Source: Candidatus Magasanikbacteria bacterium CG10_big_fil_rev_8_21_14_0_10_36_32
GTDB taxonomy: Bacteria > Patescibacteriota > Patescibacteriia > Magasanikbacterales > GWA2-37-8
DNA: 64,000 nucleotides
Assembly (NCBI GenBank): GCA_002778465.1
Contig: PFBV01000001.1
Location: 4,150-68,149 of the forward strand
Direction of reading: 5' to 3'
Positions 57,612-64,000 of the stretch are shown here, piece after piece (the first letter of the stretch is position 1; each line of letters starts with the position of its first letter). The translations under genes were made by a program, and so were the position numbers. The notes under the pieces were generated by a model. That model was not told the DNA's origin. It saw only the letters and a program-made list of their open reading frames with translations, and made no database searches.

Positions 57612-57645
57612 AAAAAAATAACCCCGATTTGAATCGGGGTTTTTT
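57612..57645. terminator. Bidirectional terminator
   Basis: AACCCCGATT/AATCGGGGTT flanked by A and T runs. Confidence 0.8.
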
Positions 57646-58264
57646 AAACACATTTATGATGTTTGGCTACTGTCCGAACAGTTTTTTTCAACACCAGATT
57701 AAAGAAAATGTTTTGAGAATGAACAATGTTATATGATGGACCGTTAAATAACAATTCAAAACCATTTGCGGTGGCATACAGAAAATCGTGTTTATCTCCG
57801 CCTTGCCACACAATCAGTCCGCCCGGCTCAAGAACCCGCCAAGCTTCCTTCATAGCCATTCGCCTCATTAAACTTTTTTCCTTAGAATAAGACATGGGTG
57901 GAATGAAATTTTGCGAATTGTATATATGATTCCGCAATTGTAAAGCCACTGATTTACAATGAGCACCACCGAAATAGGAAGCGAACATTGCCCCAACTGT
58001 ATTGGAGTTTATTGGAAGATTAAATGCGTCTGCGATAAAATCAACTTGACCAAAATAAGTGACTTGAATAGCCGCTCCATCTTTTACCGGACTTTCAAAA
58101 TTAGGCGTACCCGGAAACAGATTAAATATTAACAACTGTTTATTTAGTTTTTGAAAATCAACTAATTCATAACCTTCTTTGGTCGGTCCGCCGATTTCAA
58201 CCAACGGGCCATTAACTTTATTCAGTGCTTCAGTCAAATTAAATTCTTCAAATTTTTGTTCCAC
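57644..58264 (-). CDS. Class I SAM-dependent methyltransferase-like protein
   Basis: VEIGGP, ADAFNLP, EAWRVLEPGG. Confidence 0.7.
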   Translation of the reverse strand: MEQKFEEFNLTEALNKVNGPLVEIGGPTKEGYELVDFQKLNKQLLIFNLFPGTPNFESPVKDGAAIQVTYFGQVDFIADAFNLPINSNTVGAMFASYFGGAHCKSVALQLRNHIYNSQNFIPPMSYSKEKSLMRRMAMKEAWRVLEPGGLIVWQGGDKHDFLYATANGFELLFNGPSYNIVHSQNIFFNLVLKKTVRTVAKHHKCV

Positions 58265-58358
58265 TAGACCAAACTCCTGGTTGTTTTTTGGTTTTGAAAT
58301 TGTTAAGGTACGACAATGTAAAATAGTATAACATACTTTTTATTTTTGTCACTATTAT

Positions 58359-58386
58359 AAAAAAATCGCCTCTCGGCGATTTTTTT
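58359..58386 (-). terminator. Intrinsic terminator
   Basis: A7-TCGCC/GGCGA-T7. Confidence 0.75.
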
Positions 58387-58412
58387 ATATATTTTTCTTA
58401 AACTAATTATTT

Positions 58413-59228
58413 CTATTCTTTCTTCTCTTCCTCTTCCTCTTCCGCTTCTTTTTCTATTTCTTTTTTAATTTCTTCTTTTACAGCTCTTTTCACTTCCTGT
58501 TTTATTTCCGCCACTTCAATTTTCTTTTGTCCATTTTTTATTTCTTTTTTAATTTCCTCTTCTTTAATTTCTTCTTTAACGGCTTTTGTTGTTTCTTTTT
58601 TAGTCCGATAAAAATTCAAAAGTGAAAAAATAATCACGCTACCTAAAATAATTCCAAAAAAATTAAGCGCAAAAGTTAAAAGTGAACCGCGAATGATTCC
58701 TATATTCATATGCGCAAGACCGATACCAACCACAGCCAACGGAGGCAAAAGAGAAACAGCAATGGCTACACCTGGCAACATAGCTGAAAGATTTTTATTT
58801 GTCCAAGCGAAAGTCGCCGCCAATCCGGCAACAAAAGCAACTATCAAATAAGCAATATTACTGTCCAATCGCGAAGTTATTTCCGCGTTAAATTCGGTTA
58901 ATGGAAAAAAGAATGATAATAATACCGCTACCCCAAACACAATGCCGATTGAACGTAAAAATATTTTGGTTGACCTCCACAAAAGCTGTATATCACAAAT
59001 TACAATACCCAATGCAAACGTCAACAACGGCGTCAGAAGCGGAGTAATTAACATGCCGCCGATTATTACCGCCGGATTATTCAATAATAAACCCAAAGTC
59101 ACCATCATTGATGATAAAATCAACATCAGATAAAAACCGCCGGTTAGCCGACTTGACTCAATCAACTCTTCAGACACTCTAACCTGATCTTTTTTAGTAA
59201 TTTGTAAAATACTATGACTGATTTTCAT
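58413..59228 (-). CDS. DUF389 (TIGR00341-like) membrane protein
   Basis: AVIIGGMLITPL, LPGVAIAVSLLPPL; Glu/Lys-rich tail. Confidence 0.9.
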   Translation of the reverse strand: MKISHSILQITKKDQVRVSEELIESSRLTGGFYLMLILSSMMVTLGLLLNNPAVIIGGMLITPLLTPLLTFALGIVICDIQLLWRSTKIFLRSIGIVFGVAVLLSFFFPLTEFNAEITSRLDSNIAYLIVAFVAGLAATFAWTNKNLSAMLPGVAIAVSLLPPLAVVGIGLAHMNIGIIRGSLLTFALNFFGIILGSVIIFSLLNFYRTKKETTKAVKEEIKEEEIKKEIKNGQKKIEVAEIKQEVKRAVKEEIKKEIEKEAEEEEEEKKE

Positions 59229-59314
59229 ACGAATAAAAAATTAATAAATTTATCCAACATCTATTTTACTCTCACTTATTCCCTATAACAAGGTTTTTTA
59301 ATATCAACAATTAA

Positions 59315-60469
59315 CTAAGCCGCTTTTTTAACAGCGTTAGCAACCGCTTTAACCACCCTCCTGTCTAACGGACTGGGAATAATATAATCATATCGCAATT
59401 TATTTTTGGGAATTAAACCGGCAATCGCCACCGCTGCCGCTATTTTCATTTTATCAGTAATTTGTTTTGCCCGAATATCCAATGCGCCACGAAAAATACC
59501 AGGAAACGCCAAAACATTATTTACTTGATTTGCATAATCAGAACGACCAGTGCCAAAAATTTTAACTTTAGATTTTTTAGCTTCTGCCAAACTTATTTCT
59601 GGATTAGGATTAGCCATAGCAAAAACAATCGGACTGGAAGCCATTATATCTATCCACTCTGGTTTGAGAACATTGGCTACCGAAACACCAATAAACACAT
59701 CAGCTCCCAAAAGAGCTTCCTTTAAACCACCACTTAAACCTTTTCCGTTTGTCCTGTTAGCAATCTTTGTCTTATGGGGATACATCCCTTTTCTTTTTTT
59801 ATTAATAATCCCCTGACTGTCTAACATAATAACTTTTTTCTCATTCACCCCATATTTAACCAGCAACTTATAGACTGCCACCGCCGCCGAACCAGCGCCA
59901 TTTATTACCACTTTAATATTTTTAGTTTTTTTACCAACCAATTTTAAAGAATTAATAACTGCCGCCAACACAACAACGGCAGTGCCATGCTGATCATCGT
60001 GCATAACCGGAATGTCTAATTCTTTTTTTAATCGTTCCTCTATTTCAAAACAACGCGGTGTGGAAATATCTTCCAAATTAATTCCTCCAAAACCGACTGA
60101 CAACCATTTAACCGCTTTGATAATTTCTTCAGTATCTTGCGTATCCAAACAAATCGGATAAGCATCTATATCAGCGTATTCCTTAAACAAAATAGCTTTT
60201 CCTTCCATTACAGGCAAAGCGGCGGCCGGACCAATATTCCCCAAACCCAACACAGCTGAACCATCAGACACTACAGCCACGGAATTAGCTTTGAGTGTAT
60301 GAGTAAAAACAGCTGATTTGTTTTTAGCAATCAACCGGCTAACTTCCGCCACGCCGGGAGTATATGCCAAAGACAATGCATCTCGGCTATCAACCTTTAC
60401 TTTTGAACGGATGGATAATTTTCCTTTTAATTTTTTATGTAAAACTAACGATTGTTTAAAATAATCCAT
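59315..60469 (-). CDS. NAD(P)-dependent malic enzyme (short form)
   Basis: [37 protein letters not shown]. Confidence 0.95.
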   Translation of the reverse strand: MDYFKQSLVLHKKLKGKLSIRSKVKVDSRDALSLAYTPGVAEVSRLIAKNKSAVFTHTLKANSVAVVSDGSAVLGLGNIGPAAALPVMEGKAILFKEYADIDAYPICLDTQDTEEIIKAVKWLSVGFGGINLEDISTPRCFEIEERLKKELDIPVMHDDQHGTAVVVLAAVINSLKLVGKKTKNIKVVINGAGSAAVAVYKLLVKYGVNEKKVIMLDSQGIINKKRKGMYPHKTKIANRTNGKGLSGGLKEALLGADVFIGVSVANVLKPEWIDIMASSPIVFAMANPNPEISLAEAKKSKVKIFGTGRSDYANQVNNVLAFPGIFRGALDIRAKQITDKMKIAAAVAIAGLIPKNKLRYDYIIPSPLDRRVVKAVANAVKKAA

Positions 60470-60542
60470 ATTTTTAAAATAATAATTAAAATCTGTCAAT
60501 CAATATTTTACTCCTATTTAATCTCTCGGTCAAAAAAACCGC

Positions 60543-61175
60543 CTATTCGACGGTTTTTTCTTTCTTATTTATAATCATCATATCTTTGTTTTTGTCTATA
60601 GAAAATTCTATATCGGACTGTTCGCTGAGAAAATCTTTCGCAGCCGACAAAAATTTATTCCCCATCGGCAAAGGATGTGCTTTGATAACTCCCCCATCTT
60701 TAACCACTCGCAACATTTCTTTTAAAACAATTTTGATTTCTTCGGGTGTTGTTATTATATAATAAGGCACAGACCATAAAGCAAAAACCCTATCAAAAGA
60801 TTTATCTTTAAACGGCAAAGCTTGAGCTATGGCTGACAAAGAATTATCGGGGAGATTCTGCCTTGCAGAAATTCTTTCAGAAATTCTACCTATTTCTCTG
60901 GGACTGTGTCGTGACAGCAAAGACAAATCTTCTTCCAAACTCAATCCTAATCTTGGATCAACTGAAATAATTTTGCTTTTATAACCTTCCTCTTTTGCTT
61001 GTCGGGCGAATTCCTGTTTCAAACCAGAACCCAAATCCAACATTGTCATATTCGGATCATCCATTTCATCATCAGTAATATCAAAAATATCCATATATTC
61101 AGACAGTCCACGCTTAGTTAAACAAGCGTCACGAAAATCTTGCTTATTGTGATTAGATAAACATTCTGGATTCAT
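60543..61175 (-). CDS. Class I SAM-dependent methyltransferase
   Basis: LDLGSG, LPFKDKSFDRV, EMLRVVKDGG. Confidence 0.85.
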   Translation of the reverse strand: MNPECLSNHNKQDFRDACLTKRGLSEYMDIFDITDDEMDDPNMTMLDLGSGLKQEFARQAKEEGYKSKIISVDPRLGLSLEEDLSLLSRHSPREIGRISERISARQNLPDNSLSAIAQALPFKDKSFDRVFALWSVPYYIITTPEEIKIVLKEMLRVVKDGGVIKAHPLPMGNKFLSAAKDFLSEQSDIEFSIDKNKDMMIINKKEKTVE

Positions 61176-61193
61176 ATTTGTGAGTAATTAGAC

Positions 61194-61230
61194 TTGACAT
61201 TATTATCTATTTTATTTACAATATTGTCAA
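61194..61230. promoter_or_regulatory. Overlapping divergent sigma70 promoters (tRNA-Asn and methyltransferase)
   Basis: Plus strand TTGACA(61194)-17-TACAAT; minus strand TTGACA(61230)-17-GATAAT. Confidence 0.6.
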
Positions 61231-61233
61231 CAT

Positions 61234-61305
61234 TCCGGGGTAGCGCAGCGGTAGCGCAGTTGACTGTTAATCAATTGGTCGTGGGTTCGAATCCCACCCC
61301 CGGAG
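61234..61305 (+). tRNA. tRNA-Asn(GTT), CCA not encoded
   Basis: Acceptor stem TCCGGGG/CCCCGGA, D-arm AGCGCAGCGGTAGCGC, anticodon loop CTGTTAA, T-loop TTCGAAT. Confidence 0.96.
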
Positions 61306-62763
61306 CATATCGTTAAAACTATGAGTTTTAGGAGCCCCAGCCATTATTTGGAAGGGCTCTTTTAGTTTATATGTAGCCAAATTTTGATTTTCAATATTTA
61401 GGTTCCAAAGTAGATTTTCTATGATTTTACGCTTCCCAAAATTATCTTTGTTTAAAAATTCTTTTTTCGCTAGATTAGGGAAAAGAAAGACCTGTTTTGT
61501 AAGTTCCAAAGTATCACAATGGTTATCCTTGTTAGTCTCAGTTTGTTTTAATTGCATTTCGGTTTCAACCTGACACCTCTTTAATCCTTCCATTTTTGCC
61601 TTATAAACGTCCTCAGGGGTTAAACCATTCAAATAGCTGTCTAAAAGACGCTCTTGCTTTATACGGGCAATTTTAAGCTGTTCCTTGAGGGTATTTATAA
61701 TTTGTTCGGCTCCGCTTTTATTACCTTCCGATTTTTCCTTCGCCGCCGAATACATTATTTCCACCAATTCTTTATCAAAAGACAGGTTTTCAAAAATCTC
61801 CATAATCATTTCGTCTATCTTTTCAGAACGCAAATATTTTTTATGTTCTTCACATTTTCCTTTGCCATTTGTGCAATAATAATAAATATGACCTTTTTTA
61901 ATTGTCCCAGTCAAAGCACAACCGCAAACGTTGCACTTCATAAAACCACGATGAGGAAAATCATGTTTTTGTTTTCTGATATTATTTTTTCCACTCAAAA
62001 CCTCTCCGGCCCGATTAAAAATTTCTTTGGTTATTAGGGGTTCATGATTAGCCGGGTAAAATTTACCGTCTCTTTCCATTATTCCGTAATAAAGACGATT
62101 GGTTAAAATTCTATGAATAACACTCTTGGTGACCTTTTTTCCAGGACGAGTTCTAAAACCTTTTTGATATATTAAATTTGTAATTTCTTTAATACTATAA
62201 CCGCCAGTAGCATATAGATTAAAAAGTTCGGTAATGTAATGACCCTTTTGTAAGTCAATAATTATTTTCTTATTTATTTTGTCATTCAAGTATCCAAGCG
62301 GGGCGGCATTTGGCCATTCTCCTTTTTCTAATTTTGTTCTAATACCTCTTTTAGTATTTACGCTTAAATCATCAACATATTTTTTAGCCATTCCAAAATC
62401 TAATGACATCATGAAATTATCATTGCTAGTGCTATAATAATTTTTTTCATAAGTTCGAACTTCACGAATCAAACCTTGTTGCATATACCATTGTAATTCT
62501 CCACTATCCTTAGAATTTCTTGATAAGCGGTCTAATTTCCAAACATAAACAATGCATTCTTTATTTTTTTCAATATATTTTAACATCTCGGCAAATACAG
62601 GCCGACCCGGGGCTTTGGCCGACATCTTTTCCACAAATATTTTATCAAAAACAATATTATCCCTTTGTGAGAGCTTTTTCATTTCGACTGTTTGGGATTC
62701 TATTGAAAGAATCTGTCTATCTTCGGTATCTGTGGATTTGCGACAATACGCGATGTATTTCAT
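61267..62763 (-). CDS. Large serine recombinase (integrase)
   Basis: YCRKS catalytic motif, LDRLSR, recombinase domain (PLGY, HEPLI), zinc ribbon CNVCG..YYYC, coiled coil. Confidence 0.94.
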   Translation of the reverse strand: MKYIAYCRKSTDTEDRQILSIESQTVEMKKLSQRDNIVFDKIFVEKMSAKAPGRPVFAEMLKYIEKNKECIVYVWKLDRLSRNSKDSGELQWYMQQGLIREVRTYEKNYYSTSNDNFMMSLDFGMAKKYVDDLSVNTKRGIRTKLEKGEWPNAAPLGYLNDKINKKIIIDLQKGHYITELFNLYATGGYSIKEITNLIYQKGFRTRPGKKVTKSVIHRILTNRLYYGIMERDGKFYPANHEPLITKEIFNRAGEVLSGKNNIRKQKHDFPHRGFMKCNVCGCALTGTIKKGHIYYYCTNGKGKCEEHKKYLRSEKIDEMIMEIFENLSFDKELVEIMYSAAKEKSEGNKSGAEQIINTLKEQLKIARIKQERLLDSYLNGLTPEDVYKAKMEGLKRCQVETEMQLKQTETNKDNHCDTLELTKQVFLFPNLAKKEFLNKDNFGKRKIIENLLWNLNIENQNLATYKLKEPFQIMAGAPKTHSFNDMLRGWDSNPRPID

Positions 62764-62774
62764 ATTTAAAAAAA

Positions 62775-63641
62775 TTAAAATATTGGTTCGTCTTTTTTTT
62801 CTTCGTAGTCTATATATCGATTAATGAAAGCAAGGGCTTGTTTTTTTTGTTCTGGAAATTTTCGTAAATTATAATTAGTATAGTTCATAGAATCAAAATA
62901 GTCTATTTTTATATTTTGTTTTGTATATTCTATCGACTCCTGTGGAAGTATTGTTAAAACTGGTCTAATTAATTCATCATAATTTACGACAATCGGTTTA
63001 TATAACCCTTTGCTAATAAAATATGATTTTTGTCCCCTCAATCTTTCGTTGTTAATTTCTTTAGTCATGTACTTTGTTATATAGCGACCAACATTCATAA
63101 TCCGATTTATTGCTTTAATTTTTGTAAAACCTAACCCCCAACACTTCTCAAAGATTCTTTTCATTTCCATTTTGTAAGGCAAATTAAAAAAAATACTATG
63201 ATAATGAATAGCTCCCCGTTCTTGAAATTCAACCACTGTTACATACTTAAAAAAACTTTCTTTTCGTCCGTTCACTGCTGTATTTAATCTCTGAATAAAC
63301 TTAGTAAATTCGTAATTTGCTGCTTTTATATCCAATACGTTTTCCCCAAAGGTTAAGGTAATAAATATAGGCCAAAATGCACGACCTCTTTGATCAAAAT
63401 ATGCTCTAACATTTGAGTTTGTATAATCAATGATTTGACGGCGAGCACGTCGGTATCTCATTTGGTCTAAGGTTTCTTGGTCTGTTGCAGTACCTTTCGA
63501 TTTGTCTCTAAATGTTCTTGGATGACTACCAACAAAGTATTCTCGACCATATTCGTAATATTCAAAAATATCGCCAGATATTTTTAGACGCTCTTTGGTT
63601 GAATAGTGAATATCACCGTTAAAATGTATTAGACGACTCAT
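62775..63641 (-). CDS. HUH rolling-circle replication initiator (inovirus/plectrovirus Rep-like)
   Basis: Motif I FITLTF, motif II EFQERGAIHYH, motif III YITKYMTK; ATG at 63641 preferred over TTG at 63662. Confidence 0.88.
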   Translation of the reverse strand: MSRLIHFNGDIHYSTKERLKISGDIFEYYEYGREYFVGSHPRTFRDKSKGTATDQETLDQMRYRRARRQIIDYTNSNVRAYFDQRGRAFWPIFITLTFGENVLDIKAANYEFTKFIQRLNTAVNGRKESFFKYVTVVEFQERGAIHYHSIFFNLPYKMEMKRIFEKCWGLGFTKIKAINRIMNVGRYITKYMTKEINNERLRGQKSYFISKGLYKPIVVNYDELIRPVLTILPQESIEYTKQNIKIDYFDSMNYTNYNLRKFPEQKKQALAFINRYIDYEEKKDEPIF

Positions 63642-63677
63642 ATCGTTGGCTTTGTTTAGCAAAGTTCGTTCTGATTA

Positions 63678-63696
63678 AGTGTTATTGTAATCAAGT
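63678..63696 (-). other. Putative double-strand origin (nick site)
   Basis: ACTTGATTACAATAACACT versus phiX174 origin ACTTGATATTAATAACACT; directly upstream of rep, near GC hairpins. Confidence 0.7.
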
Positions 63697-63743
63697 CCAA
63701 CTATTAAGATATTTATAGCCGCTGCGGCGGCGGACACCAGCCA

Positions 63744-63953
63744 TTAGGGACAGCTTGATCCCGCGCCTGGCGGCTGCGGGGTCAAGCCGGCATAGCCGGC
63801 TGTGGACGACTCTGGTGGTTGATTAAATACTAAAAATAATTCGGCAAATGAATGCAAATATTCATCGGTCTGCTCTGGCGTAAGTACTAACCCATAATAG
63901 GTTATAAAATGCTGTTGCAGGCGGGCAATAAGTTGTGGACTGAAAATAAACAT
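63744..63953 (-). CDS. Small helical hypothetical protein of the element
   Basis: FSPQLIARLQQHF...YG..LTPEQ..EYL; 3' end overlaps GC-rich hairpins. Confidence 0.55.
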   Translation of the reverse strand: MFIFSPQLIARLQQHFITYYGLVLTPEQTDEYLHSFAELFLVFNQPPESSTAGYAGLTPQPPGAGSSCP

Positions 63954-64000
63954 AAAAAAAGCCCTGTGTTATTACAGGGCTATTGTATGCTTTAGGGTTT

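Larger units (their letters stand above)
61267..64000. mobile_element. Integrated rolling-circle element at tRNA-Asn (other boundary not seen in the window)
   Basis: Recombinase overlapping the tRNA 3' half, followed by Rep, origin-like sequence and a small ORF, all co-oriented. Confidence 0.8.

Noticed and set aside
58413-58600. TTC/TTT periodic tract
   Set aside because: Encodes the Glu/Lys-rich tail of the DUF389 protein.
404-62867. Many 60-140 aa ORFs overlapping or antisense to recognised genes
   Set aside because: Shadow frames of well-supported coding sequences with no recognisable motifs.
1-64000. CRISPR array, rRNA, IS transposase, reverse transcriptase or DGR
   Set aside because: No regularly spaced direct repeats, rRNA-like sequence, DDE transposase or reverse transcriptase motifs were seen by eye; short or degenerate cases could have been missed.

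Overview
AT-rich bacterial chromosome segment whose gene content and style fit a Patescibacteria/CPR (Parcubacteria/ABY1-like) genome: housekeeping genes mostly without Shine-Dalgarno sites, RpoA without the alpha-CTD, a degenerate PriA and a Xer-type recombinase with an adjacent symmetric site. The taxonomy is inference. Contents in order: end of the alpha operon (rpsD-rpoA-rplQ-rplM-rpsI); a surface-glycan cluster; fmt/def/priA; clpB with a variant CIRCE operator; gltX; cell-wall genes; a nuclease-rich accessory island (25.2-28.8 kb); a Xer recombinase with an 11-6-11 dif-like site, where gene orientation switches (probable replication terminus); ftsQ/alr/serS/lysS; the mreBCD-pbp2 cluster; a UvrD-nuclease fusion; metG; a proS-radical SAM-thiI-Rrf2-iscS-iscU-ferredoxin operon; and tRNA-Asn. 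The most striking feature is at the right end: a mobile element next to tRNA-Asn, apparently integrated at it. It combines a large serine recombinase whose last 12 residues and stop codon are encoded antisense to the tRNA, an HUH rolling-circle Rep, and a double-strand origin matching the phiX174 nick-site sequence at 16/19 positions. Several small genes absent from the ORF track were read by hand: a 45-aa 14-Cys metallothionein-like peptide, a 59-aa ferredoxin and a 38-aa basic peptide. There is also a recurring class of orphan genes with their own promoter and Shine-Dalgarno site, several with a boxA-like motif. All product calls rest on motif recognition; no database search was run.
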